Both the position numbers and the translations under genes were made by a program. A stretch of DNA of 64,000 nucleotides from Oscillospiraceae bacterium (GTDB taxonomy: Bacteria; Bacillota; Clostridia; Oscillospirales; JAAYXM01). Positions 38,946 through 47,774 of this stretch are shown piece by piece. Each line of letters begins with the position of its first letter. The stretch's first letter is position 1. The stretch lies in contig JAFSIZ010000062.1 in the NCBI GenBank assembly GCA_017439555.1, positions 19,010 through 83,009 on the forward strand, read 5' to 3'. The notes below the pieces were generated by a model. The model was not told the DNA's origin. It did no database searches and saw only the letters and a program-made list of their open reading frames with translations.

Positions 38946-38950
38946 ATCGC

Positions 38951-38985
38951 AAAAACTCCCTGTGCATAGCATAGGGAGTTTTTTG
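38951..38985 (+). terminator. Rho-independent terminator after the TM2 gene
   Basis: Hairpin ACTCCCT...AGGGAGT followed by TTTTTT. Confidence 0.8.
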
Positions 38986-39016
38986 TGAAATTGCCCGATA
39001 GTACAACAAATATCGC

Positions 39017-39045
39017 TTGATTTGGAAGCGCAGAAATGCTATAAA
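39017..39045 (+). promoter_or_regulatory. Candidate promoter for the GNAT/GH operon
   Basis: TTGATT, a 17-nt spacer, then TATAAA(T). Confidence 0.45.
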
Positions 39046-39087
39046 TAAATTTATAAAAACAAATACTTTTCAAAGGAGAATTTCACT

Positions 39088-39687
39088 ATGGTTGACAAGA
39101 CAATTCCCTATAAAAATATAATTATGGTAGCAGATAATCTCACCGAGCAGAAGCCGACTCTTCCCGAAGGCTTTTATCTCGATACTTATCGCGAGGGCGA
39201 TGAGTATGACTGGGCGGAGATGGAGGTCTATGCAGGAGATTTTTCAACCGTTGAGCGCGGCGTTGGGTACTTCAAGAGCGCATATCTTCTTTTTCTTGAT
39301 TCTCCCGAGCGATTGATTGCCGTCCGCAATCCCGAAGGAAAGGCAGTTGCCTATTGCACTGCCTGGCGCTCCTTCTCAAAGGATAAAGTCTGCAACACAC
39401 TTCAGTTTCTCGTTACGGCAGAAGGCTATGAGGGTATGGGACTTGCATGCGCCGCCGCTATGGAGACTATAAACAGATACATAAAGCTCGGCGGAGGTCG
39501 CGTTTATCTCCACACTCAGCCCTGGAGCTATAAGGCAATCTGGCTTTATCACCAAATAGGCTTCCGCATTTCAAGAAGCGCGGAGCTTCAGACCTTTGGA
39601 AACGACTGTGATGAAGCGCTCGAGATTCTTAAAACACTCATTCCCGAGGATAAGATGAAGCAGATTCTCGACGGAGTTGTTGATTGA
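39088..39687 (+). CDS. GNAT-family N-acetyltransferase
   Basis: 199 aa. The region LVTAEGYEGMGLACAAAMETINRY resembles the acetyl-CoA binding motif A (Q/R-x-x-G-x-G/A). Confidence 0.65.
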   Translation: MVDKTIPYKNIIMVADNLTEQKPTLPEGFYLDTYREGDEYDWAEMEVYAGDFSTVERGVGYFKSAYLLFLDSPERLIAVRNPEGKAVAYCTAWRSFSKDKVCNTLQFLVTAEGYEGMGLACAAAMETINRYIKLGGGRVYLHTQPWSYKAIWLYHQIGFRISRSAELQTFGNDCDEALEILKTLIPEDKMKQILDGVVD

Positions 39688-39711
39688 TTCCAATTCAAAG
39701 GAGAAAAGAAA

Positions 39712-42303
39712 ATGAACCGACGAATAAGCGACTGTCTTCTCGGAAAAGATCCGAATTATCTCTATCCGTTTCTCATTTTAAGAGATATAAACGAGGATCT
39801 TTCCGTCGATGATATTATCGAAGAAATAAACGCTATCAAAAACTCCGGTTGCGGCGGCTTTCTCATTGAAACACGCGGCTTCACCGATTGGGGTCGCGAT
39901 AAATGGTGGGAGCTTCTCGATATTATTCTCGCCGAAGCAAAAAAGCTCGGTATGAAGGTATGGATCACTGATGATGAAACCGTTCCGAGCGGCAAGGCAA
40001 ACTGGGCGGTGCGCGATAAATATCCCGAGCTTCAGCGCCTTGACCTCGCGCAGAACACCGTTGATACTCTCGGTCCGCAAAAGGGTGCGGCAATACGCAT
40101 AAGCAGCTTTATGCACGAGTCGGAAACACTTTATACCGCAATTGCATACCGCGTTACGGGGAGCGATGACGAGCCCTTTTACAGCGATGCAATCAGCCTT
40201 ACCGAAAATGTTCGTGACGGAATTCTCTTCTGGGATGTTCCCGAAGGCTTTTACCGAATTTTTCTTATATTCAAGACAAAAGTCCGCGGAGTTCCGACAT
40301 TCCGCGACCATCTTGACTATCTTAGCCCCGAAGCCTGTGCTCTTATGATAAGTGAGGTATATGAGCCGCACTACGAACATCTTTCAAAGTATTTCGGAAA
40401 CACAATTTCCGGATTTTTCACAGATGAGCCTATTTTCGGAAATATGGCGGATGCTAAGATGAACTACTGTGAAAAGCTTGGTTCGGATTCCATTCTTGCA
40501 CCATGGAGAGATGACCTTCTTTCCATTATTGCAGAAAAGGAAGGCTGGAGCGAGGAAGAAACGCTTCTTGCCCTCCCCTCACTCTGGCGCGATATCGGAG
40601 GAAAGACGGCAAGCTTACGCCGCAGATATATGGATATCCTTACAGAGAATTACAGTGAAAACTTCGTTAAGCCTATCGGTCGTTGGTGCAAGGAGCACAA
40701 CGTTTTATACACAGGGCATATCCTTGAGGATATGAATGCGGATATGCGCTTTGGCTGGAGCACGGGACACTTTTTCCGTTCTCAGGAGGGTCAGCACACA
40801 TCAGGCTTTGACATCGTTCTCCAGCAGCTTAAGGTGGGAAGCTTTGAGCTTTCTCACTCCACCATCAGCAGTGCAAAATACTCCGACCCGAGCTTTTACC
40901 TCTATGTCGTCGGAAAGCTCGCTGCATCCTGCGCGCATCTTTATCCGCATATGGAAGGTCGGATCATGTGTGAAAATGCAGGCGCCGGTGGCTGGGGTGA
41001 AGGACTCTCGACAAGAAAATATATGCTTGACAGCTCGCTCATTTGCGGTGCAAACCTCTTCACTTCCGCAGTGTTTGACCCGAAGCACAACAACAACCAC
41101 ATTCCACCCTTTGTTTATGACCACGGCGAGAATCCGCAGTATCCGTTTCTCCGCCCCCTTATGCAATATTTAAACCGTGTCTGTCATCTTAATTCGAGTG
41201 GTGTTCATATTGCAAATGCGCTTGTATATTATCCCGCCGAGGGCGACTGGGCAGGTGCAATAAAGCTTCCGCAGAAAATCGCGGCGGCTCTTGCGCGCGC
41301 ACACATTGACTATGACTTTGCACCGTGGGATATTCTCGGAAGCGATGCTGTTACCATTAAGGAAAATGAGATATGGATAAACCGTGAAAACTTCGACTGT
41401 CTTATAATTCCTTGCTGCGAGTATCTTCCGCTTGAGCTTCTCTCGCGCTTTGACGAGCTTGCAAAGGATGTTCCGGTAATATTTGAGGACCTTCTCCCCA
41501 CTGTTTCCGAAACAGGTGAGGTCTTTGAGCCGCAATATGCTCTCTGCCTTGACACAGAAGAGATTCCTTCCTATCTCAAAGAAAAAGGCATTTATGATAT
41601 TGCGCTTGACGAATGCCCCGAGCTTATGCATCTGCATCTTCGTGACGGCGAGATTGACAGCTATTTATTCTTCAATCTTTCCGCATCGGATGCGATTGAA
41701 AACGAAATTAAGCTTAAAAACCGTGGCGATTATATCTTATATGATGCCTGGGAAAACAAAACCGCCTGCGGAAAAAGCGCAGACGGCAAAATAAAGCTCA
41801 GGCTTGCTCCCAAGAGCACTGTTATGCTTATATTCGGCTCTTCAATTAAGGCAAACGAAGATATTCTTCTCCCACAGATATGTGATGCTTCTTTCAAAGA
41901 AATTCCGAGTGGAACATCTGTTGAAGTAACGCTCACAAACACTCACGGAGAGGTTGTTCTTAAAAAATCGGAAGTCTCCGACAGTCTTATAAACTATGCA
42001 GAGTGCCTTCCCGATTTTGCAGGAACGATTACCTATAAATTCAAGCTCAGTTCCGATGACGCAATTCGTTTCATCGACCTCGGTACAGTCGGCGAATGTG
42101 CAGAGCTTTTTGTGAATGGTATTTCCTGCGGAAGTATTGTCACATCACCCTTTGCTTTCAGAGTTTCCGGCTTTTTGAAGAAAGGTGAAAATGAAATTGA
42201 AGTCAGAGTTGCATCAAGCTACGGCTATGCAAAGAACGATGACTTTTCAAAGTTTCTGACACTTCCCCCCATCGGAATCCTCGGCCCGATTCGCGTTGGA
42301 TAG
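39712..42303 (+). CDS. Putative glycoside hydrolase (glycosylhydrolase-like jelly-roll / GH106-like architecture)
   Basis: 863 aa. The N-terminal TIM-like part (GCGGFLIETRGF...MKVWITDDE) and C-terminal beta-sandwich resemble the family NCBI names 'glycosylhydrolase-like jelly roll fold domain'. The assignment is tentative. Confidence 0.55.
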   Translation: MNRRISDCLLGKDPNYLYPFLILRDINEDLSVDDIIEEINAIKNSGCGGFLIETRGFTDWGRDKWWELLDIILAEAKKLGMKVWITDDETVPSGKANWAVRDKYPELQRLDLAQNTVDTLGPQKGAAIRISSFMHESETLYTAIAYRVTGSDDEPFYSDAISLTENVRDGILFWDVPEGFYRIFLIFKTKVRGVPTFRDHLDYLSPEACALMISEVYEPHYEHLSKYFGNTISGFFTDEPIFGNMADAKMNYCEKLGSDSILAPWRDDLLSIIAEKEGWSEEETLLALPSLWRDIGGKTASLRRRYMDILTENYSENFVKPIGRWCKEHNVLYTGHILEDMNADMRFGWSTGHFFRSQEGQHTSGFDIVLQQLKVGSFELSHSTISSAKYSDPSFYLYVVGKLAASCAHLYPHMEGRIMCENAGAGGWGEGLSTRKYMLDSSLICGANLFTSAVFDPKHNNNHIPPFVYDHGENPQYPFLRPLMQYLNRVCHLNSSGVHIANALVYYPAEGDWAGAIKLPQKIAAALARAHIDYDFAPWDILGSDAVTIKENEIWINRENFDCLIIPCCEYLPLELLSRFDELAKDVPVIFEDLLPTVSETGEVFEPQYALCLDTEEIPSYLKEKGIYDIALDECPELMHLHLRDGEIDSYLFFNLSASDAIENEIKLKNRGDYILYDAWENKTACGKSADGKIKLRLAPKSTVMLIFGSSIKANEDILLPQICDASFKEIPSGTSVEVTLTNTHGEVVLKKSEVSDSLINYAECLPDFAGTITYKFKLSSDDAIRFIDLGTVGECAELFVNGISCGSIVTSPFAFRVSGFLKKGENEIEVRVASSYGYAKNDDFSKFLTLPPIGILGPIRVG

Positions 42304-42349
42304 AAAAGTTTAAATAAAGTGGCACTTCTTAGTCCTTTTAAAACCACAA

Positions 42350-42386
42350 AAAACACTGTGCAAACAAATGTTTGCACAGTGTTTTT
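42350..42386. terminator. Bidirectional rho-independent terminator
   Basis: Near-perfect hairpin CACTGTGCAAACA-aa-TGTTTGCACAGTG flanked by AAAA and TTTTT. Confidence 0.85.
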
Positions 42387-42388
42387 CA

Positions 42389-44206
42389 CTAATTATTTTT
42401 CCAGTTGATATAATCTTCAATATCAGAATCAACAAGCTTCATACATGCACAAATTACCGCTGCATCATCAATATAACCCGCTCCCGGAATAATATCCGGA
42501 ATCAAATCCACAGGAGACAACCAATATATCAAAGCACTGACAACAGCAATAATTGTTCCCACAGGAACCTCCGTATATTCTTTCTTTGCATAACTTCTGA
42601 GCATTGAAACCAAGACCGGTATATGCGACAAGCCTTCTCCTACTGCAGGTATATTTTTAAGCTTATTTTCAAGCTTTTCCAAAAACTTCTCAAAACGGTC
42701 TTTATCGTTCAAGAGTTTTTCAGCTTTAATATATCCCTTCTTTAACTCAGACAGTGCTTTTTCTTCAGAAAAAGCAATTTTTTTATCTTTCATCGCACTT
42801 TCACTTGATGAAAAGAAATAATTCTTTGTGTTTGTGTAGCAGATGTCGCAGACCATTCTGCCGAGGAGATTCATGTCGTCGGGAGCTTCGCCGTCCTCTA
42901 CCCAAGTTCCGATTACGTTGCAGACGATTCGTCTGAAATATTCGTGTCTTGTGTAGCTTAAGAAGCTTCTGGAGTCAGTGAGCATTCCGATGAACTTTGA
43001 GAAAAGTGTGATGCTTGCGAGAGCCTTCATATGCTTCTCCATTCCGTCGATATGGTCATTGAGCCACCACGCGGAGCCTATCTGGATCTTGCCTGCAATT
43101 CCGTGGCCGTTAAAGCAGGTTGCAAGAGTCATAAGAGCTTCGTTGTGAGCCGGATTGAGGCTATAAAGAACTGTCTTCGGAAGCTTGTTCTCGCGCTCTA
43201 AAAGATCGAGAAGATTGATTATCGGCTGAACGATTCTCTCGTCGCTCATTGTGTCAAAGCCTGTGTCAACGCCGAGGGCATTGAACGCCGCTGTGTTGTT
43301 ATCGCGAAGAACTGCGATGTGAATCTGCATAACGAGATCGTTTTCATAATATTTCTTTGCAAGGTGGAGATAGAGCGTTGAATAATAGATATCAATATCC
43401 TCAGCAGAAGGCTCAATTCCCGAAAGCTTTGCCTTGAAGACTCTGTCTGCCGCCTCATCGTCGGGCTTCTGATACTGCACCATATTGAGAGAGCAATCAA
43501 CACTGCGGCAACCGCGCTTGACGAAGAAATCAAGTCTTTCATCGAGCGCCTTTTCAAGGCTCTTATAGTCCTTTATTTCATAACCGACAACACCTGCGAG
43601 CTTTTCGATGTAGCCGCAGAACTCAGGTCTCCAGATATTGAGAGCGCGTTCGGGCCGGTATGACGGAACAACCTCAACATCAAAGCTTTCATCAGCCTTT
43701 ATGATATCGTGGAACTTAAGGTCATCACAGGGGTCATCGGTAGTGCCGATAATCTCGACGTTTGAACGCTTGATAAGCCCTCTTGCGCCAAACTCAGGCT
43801 GAGCAAGAAGCTCATTGCAGCGATTCCAGATATATTCCGCATTCTCGGGACAAAGAAGCTCTTCAATGCCGAAATAACGGCGAAGCTCAAGGTGTGTCCA
43901 ATGGTAAAGCGGATTACCGACGCAATAGGGCATTACCTCTGCCCACTTCATAAACTTTTCCTTCGGGTCCGCATCACCCGTTATGTATTTTTCATCAACG
44001 CCGAAACCGCGCATAATGCGCCACTTATAGTGGTCGCCGCCGAGCCACACCTCGGTTATGCTGTCATAGTGTTTATCCTCGGCAATCTCCTGCGGACTCA
44101 AGTGGCAATGATAGTCAATTATCGGGGTTTTTTCTGCGATTTCGTGATAGAGCTTTTTTGCAGTCTCTGTCTTCAAGAGAAAATCGCTGTCCATAAACTT
44201 TTTCAT
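42389..44206 (-). CDS. uxaC: Glucuronate isomerase (UxaC) fused in frame to a complete C-terminal YkvA/DUF1232 module
   Basis: Residues 1-464 are UxaC-like (IIDYHCHLSPQEI, GGDHYKWR, ...ICYTNTKNYF). After a 7-residue linker, Met472 (ATG 42793) opens a 134-aa DUF1232 module (YWLSPVDLIPDIIPGAGYIDD). Confidence 0.85.
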   Translation of the reverse strand: MKKFMDSDFLLKTETAKKLYHEIAEKTPIIDYHCHLSPQEIAEDKHYDSITEVWLGGDHYKWRIMRGFGVDEKYITGDADPKEKFMKWAEVMPYCVGNPLYHWTHLELRRYFGIEELLCPENAEYIWNRCNELLAQPEFGARGLIKRSNVEIIGTTDDPCDDLKFHDIIKADESFDVEVVPSYRPERALNIWRPEFCGYIEKLAGVVGYEIKDYKSLEKALDERLDFFVKRGCRSVDCSLNMVQYQKPDDEAADRVFKAKLSGIEPSAEDIDIYYSTLYLHLAKKYYENDLVMQIHIAVLRDNNTAAFNALGVDTGFDTMSDERIVQPIINLLDLLERENKLPKTVLYSLNPAHNEALMTLATCFNGHGIAGKIQIGSAWWLNDHIDGMEKHMKALASITLFSKFIGMLTDSRSFLSYTRHEYFRRIVCNVIGTWVEDGEAPDDMNLLGRMVCDICYTNTKNYFFSSSESAMKDKKIAFSEEKALSELKKGYIKAEKLLNDKDRFEKFLEKLENKLKNIPAVGEGLSHIPVLVSMLRSYAKKEYTEVPVGTIIAVVSALIYWLSPVDLIPDIIPGAGYIDDAAVICACMKLVDSDIEDYINWKNN

Positions 44207-44254
44207 CAGATATACTCTCCTATATGTAAAAATAGCTCATAATTCACCTTATAT

Positions 44255-44283
44255 ATAATATCTCACAGCAAAAACATTGTCAA
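44255..44283 (-). promoter_or_regulatory. Candidate promoter for uxaC
   Basis: On the minus strand: TTGACA (44283-44278), a 17-nt spacer, then TATTAT (44260-44255). Confidence 0.5.
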
Positions 44284-44354
44284 GCGCGATTATGTAACAG
44301 TATTGCATTTTTCCGCATAATCTATGGTGAGAACATACATTTGGAGTGATGCTT

Positions 44355-44606
44355 ATGAGCGGCAGACGCCGCCTTTGTGATATTGCACCCGGCGAGAGGG
44401 CGCGTGTATTCAGCGTGTCGGAGAAGAGTGCGATCAGCCGACGTTTGTGTGACCTCGGTCTTATCCGCAATACCGTCGTTGAATGTATAATGAAAAGCCC
44501 GCTCGGCGACCCGACGGCATATCTTATCCGCGGCGCCGTTATTGCGTTGCGCAAAGAAGATGCCGCATTTGTTACTGTTGAGGTGATTTCTGATGGGGCT
44601 GACTAA
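44355..44606 (+). CDS. feoA: FeoA-family ferrous iron transport protein
   Basis: An SH3-like FeoA sequence (RRLCDLGLIRNTVVECIMKSPLGDPTAYLIRGAVIALRKEDA). Start at ATG 44355, 8 nt after GGAG. Confidence 0.8.
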   Translation: MSGRRRLCDIAPGERARVFSVSEKSAISRRLCDLGLIRNTVVECIMKSPLGDPTAYLIRGAVIALRKEDAAFVTVEVISDGAD

Positions 44607-46491
44607 GGAATCTGTCGGCAAGGGAGCCGCAGAGCGCAGGCTCGTTATACGGAAGAGATCGGAAAATGACCGTGTTATCGCCCTTGCAGGAAACCCTAAC
44701 GTCGGAAAAAGCACGGTATTCAATGCGCTTACGGGTCTTCGTCAACACACCGGAAACTGGCCCGGAAAAACTGTGACAAACGCACAGGGCTATTGTGAAA
44801 GAAACGAAAAGGGGTATGTGCTCGTTGATATCCCCGGGACATATTCTCTCTTTCCAAGCTCTGCGGAAGAAGAGGTTGCACGCGATTTCATCTGTTCCGG
44901 AGATGCAGACGCAGTGGTTGTGGTATGTGATGCAACGTGCCTTGAGCGGAATCTCATCCTCGCTTTGCAGACAGCTGAGATTTCACCACGGGTTGTTGTA
45001 TGCATAAATCTTATGGATGAAGCGCGAAAAAAAGGGATTGAAATTGACATTGACACACTGCAAGCCGAGCTTGCTCTCCCTGTAATCTCAACGGAAGCGC
45101 GGCAAGGCAAAGGTCTTGATGATATTTTGGCCACAGTTGAAAAACTCTTTGAAGACGAAAAAACGACTTCTTCTCGCAGAAAGTCCTCTCCGGAAGAGCT
45201 CGTCACAGAGGCAAGCCGCATATATAACCTCGCTGTAGTATCAGAAAGCGGCAGCTACACAAAAGGTGCACGGCGACTTGACAAATTTTTTACAAGCCGA
45301 TACACAGCCTTTCCGATGATGCTACTTCTGCTTGCTGTCGTTTTCTGGATAACCATCGAAGGTGCAAACTATCCGTCTGAGCTTTTGTCACGGTTGCTTT
45401 TCAGCTTAGAACCCCCGATACATCAATTTCTTTCGTCTCTTCACATACCCGAGATTGCCGTTCGCGCACTTACAGAGGGCATATATCGCACCCTTTCCCG
45501 TGTTACCGCCGTTATGCTTCCACCGATGGCTATTTTCTTTCCGCTTTTTACGCTGCTTGAGGATCTCGGATATCTTCCGCGTGTCGCTTTTAATCTTGAC
45601 TGCGTCTTCAAGAAATGCGGCGCCTGCGGAAAGCAAGGGCTTACAACCTGCATGGGCTTTGGCTGTAACGCGGCAGGTGTCGTCGGATGCAGAATAATCG
45701 ATTCACCGAGAGAACGGCTTATCGCAATGCTGACAAACAGCTTTATCCCGTGTAACGGGCGTTTTCCGACTCTCATTTCAATGCTTCTGATGTTCTTCGT
45801 CGGCACATCCGGCGGCATTTTCAGATCAACGCTTTCCGCTCTGCTCCTCACACTGATCATTCTGCTCGGAATACTTATGAGCTTTGCCGCATCGAAGCTT
45901 CTGTCGCTGACGGTTCTTCGCGGTATCCCCTCCTCATTCACGCTGGAGCTTCCGCCCTACAGACGCCCGCAGATCGGCAAGGTCATCCTTCGCTCGATAT
46001 TTGACAGGACGCTGTTTGTCCTCGGCAGAGCTGTCAGTGTTGCGGCTCCTGCAGGACTTGTCATATGGCTTATGGCAAACATAAATATTGCCGACACCAC
46101 GCTCCTTTCCATATGCGCAGAATTTCTCGATCCTTTTGCACGCATACTCGGGCTTGACGGTGTCATCCTCATGGCGTTCATCCTTGGATTCCCGGCAAAC
46201 GAAATCGTTATACCGATTGTGATTATGGCGTATACTATGGGCGGCACGCTTGTCGATATGAACAATCTCAATATGCTTTCCGCGCTTCTTATGGAAAACG
46301 GCTGGAATTGGGTGACCGCTATAAGTGTGATGCTGTTTTCACTTATGCATTGGCCCTGTTCGACAACTCTTATGACAATAAAAAAGGAATCGCAGAGCAT
46401 AAAGTGGACAATTCTTGCGTTTATTCTTCCGACGGCGTTCGGAATTACAGTTTGTGCACTGTTTAATTTTATTGTAAATCTCTTTGTCTGA
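44593..46491 (+). CDS. feoB: Ferrous iron transporter FeoB
   Basis: G-domain motifs (GNPNVGKST, DIPG), then the polytopic membrane domain. It overlaps feoA by 14 nt; a GAGGTG SD is present. Confidence 0.9.
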   Translation: MGLTKESVGKGAAERRLVIRKRSENDRVIALAGNPNVGKSTVFNALTGLRQHTGNWPGKTVTNAQGYCERNEKGYVLVDIPGTYSLFPSSAEEEVARDFICSGDADAVVVVCDATCLERNLILALQTAEISPRVVVCINLMDEARKKGIEIDIDTLQAELALPVISTEARQGKGLDDILATVEKLFEDEKTTSSRRKSSPEELVTEASRIYNLAVVSESGSYTKGARRLDKFFTSRYTAFPMMLLLLAVVFWITIEGANYPSELLSRLLFSLEPPIHQFLSSLHIPEIAVRALTEGIYRTLSRVTAVMLPPMAIFFPLFTLLEDLGYLPRVAFNLDCVFKKCGACGKQGLTTCMGFGCNAAGVVGCRIIDSPRERLIAMLTNSFIPCNGRFPTLISMLLMFFVGTSGGIFRSTLSALLLTLIILLGILMSFAASKLLSLTVLRGIPSSFTLELPPYRRPQIGKVILRSIFDRTLFVLGRAVSVAAPAGLVIWLMANINIADTTLLSICAEFLDPFARILGLDGVILMAFILGFPANEIVIPIVIMAYTMGGTLVDMNNLNMLSALLMENGWNWVTAISVMLFSLMHWPCSTTLMTIKKESQSIKWTILAFILPTAFGITVCALFNFIVNLFV

Positions 46492-46504
46492 CAGCCTTAA
46501 AATA

Positions 46505-46533
46505 TTGACATTTAAAGGAAATTATGTTTTAAT
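46505..46533 (+). promoter_or_regulatory. Candidate extended -10 promoter for ddh
   Basis: TTGACA, a 17-nt spacer ending in TGT, then TTTAAT. Confidence 0.4.
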
Positions 46534-46605
46534 TATTCATCATGAATTTATCATAATTTCGCCAAAACAATATATCGACGAAAACTAAAGAAAGGATGTT
46601 TCAAT

Positions 46606-47586
46606 ATGAAAATAAGAGTTGCAATCGCAGGCTATGGCAACCTCGGCCGCGGAGTTGAAAGTGCCGTCAGCGCAGCACCCGATATGGAGCTTTGCGCCCT
46701 TTTCACAAGGCGCGATCCTGCTTCCATCAAAACTGTATCCGGCGTTCCCGTCTATTCAATGGAAAAAGCTTTTGAGATGACAGACGATATCGATGTTCTC
46801 GTGCTTTGCGGAGGAAGTGCAAACGATCTTCCCACACAGACACCCGAGCTTGCAAAGCATTTCAACGTTATTGACAGCTTTGACACCCATGCAAAAATCC
46901 CAGAGCATTTTGCAAACGTTGACGTTTCGGCAAAAGACTCAAAAAAGGTTGCTATCATCTCTGTCGGCTGGGACCCGGGAATGTTCTCGCTCAACCGTCT
47001 CTACGGGCAGGCAATTCTCCCCTGCGGAAATGATTACACCTTCTGGGGCAAGGGCGTAAGCCAGGGACACTCTGACGCCATACGCAGAATTGAAGGAGTG
47101 CTTGATGCACGCCAGTATACAATCCCCGTTGAAGCTGCGCTCGAAAGCGTCAGAGCAGGTAAAAACCCGGAGCTTACAACAAGAGAAAAGCACACACGCG
47201 AATGCTTTGTTGTCGCAGAAGAAGGCGCAGATCTCTCGAAAATAGAAAGCGAAATTGTCAATATGCCAAACTATTTCGCCGATTATGACACAACCGTTCA
47301 CTTTATATCCCAAGAGGAGCTCAACCGCGACCACGCAGGTATACCTCACGGCGGCAGAGTTTTCCGCACGGGCACAACAAACGGCGGTAAAAACTCACAC
47401 GTTATCGAATATAGCCTGAAGCTCGACTCTAACCCGGAATTTACCGCAAGTGTTCTCACGGCATACGCAAGAGCTGCATATCGCCTGAACAAGGAAGGCA
47501 TCTGCGGTGCAAAAACCGTTCTTGATATTGCTCCTGCATATCTTCACCCCGCAAGCGGCGAGGAGCTCCGTCGCAGCCTTCTGTAA
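46606..47586 (+). CDS. ddh: meso-Diaminopimelate D-dehydrogenase
   Basis: 326 aa, with MKIRVAIAGYGNLGRGVE and WGKGVSQGHSDA blocks typical of Ddh. Confidence 0.85.
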   Translation: MKIRVAIAGYGNLGRGVESAVSAAPDMELCALFTRRDPASIKTVSGVPVYSMEKAFEMTDDIDVLVLCGGSANDLPTQTPELAKHFNVIDSFDTHAKIPEHFANVDVSAKDSKKVAIISVGWDPGMFSLNRLYGQAILPCGNDYTFWGKGVSQGHSDAIRRIEGVLDARQYTIPVEAALESVRAGKNPELTTREKHTRECFVVAEEGADLSKIESEIVNMPNYFADYDTTVHFISQEELNRDHAGIPHGGRVFRTGTTNGGKNSHVIEYSLKLDSNPEFTASVLTAYARAAYRLNKEGICGAKTVLDIAPAYLHPASGEELRRSLL

Positions 47587-47616
47587 GCACTATAGCTTCT
47601 GCACATTATAGCAAAT

Positions 47617-47658
47617 AAAAAATCTGAGGTCTTCATGTGCGAAGACCTCAGATTTTTT
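47617..47658 (+). terminator. Rho-independent terminator after ddh
   Basis: An 18-bp stem (AAAAAATCTGAGGTCTTC / GAAGACCTCAGATTTTTT). Confidence 0.85.
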
Positions 47659-47680
47659 GTTGCAAATATCACATTTCCTA

Positions 47681-47709
47681 TTGACAACAAACACGATATA
47701 TGCTATTAT
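47681..47709 (+). promoter_or_regulatory. Promoter of nrdDG
   Basis: Consensus TTGACA (47681-47686), a 17-nt spacer, then TATTAT (47704-47709). Confidence 0.55.
47691..47706. promoter_or_regulatory. NrdR box 1 (candidate)
   Basis: ACACGATATATGCTAT matches about 12/16 positions of the NrdR-box consensus acaCwAtATaTwGtgt. It lies in the promoter spacer and -10. Confidence 0.5.
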
Positions 47710-47722
47710 TATTTTCACTCAC

Positions 47723-47738
47723 ATACAATATATTGTTA
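47723..47738. promoter_or_regulatory. NrdR box 2 (candidate)
   Basis: ATACAATATATTGTTA contains the perfect 12-bp palindrome ACAATATATTGT. Its centre is 32 bp from the centre of box 1. Confidence 0.55.
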
Positions 47739-47774
47739 TTTTATATAATTTTTGGTAAAGGAGGCTAAAAGTAT

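Noticed and set aside
44207-44354. Fur/PerR box upstream of feoAB
   Set aside because: The best candidate, CGATTATGTAACAGTATTGC, is only a weak resemblance to GATAATGATAATCATTATC. I could not support a call by eye. The region also holds the divergent uxaC promoter.
46492-46605. Lysine riboswitch upstream of ddh
   Set aside because: The leader after the predicted promoter is about 70 nt and very AT-rich. It cannot hold the five-helix L-box.
47587-47774. Cobalamin riboswitch upstream of nrdD
   Set aside because: Only about 115 nt lie between the ddh terminator and the start codon. That region is AT-rich, contains a promoter and NrdR boxes, and shows no B12-box-like GC-rich core. It is too short for the roughly 200-nt riboswitch.
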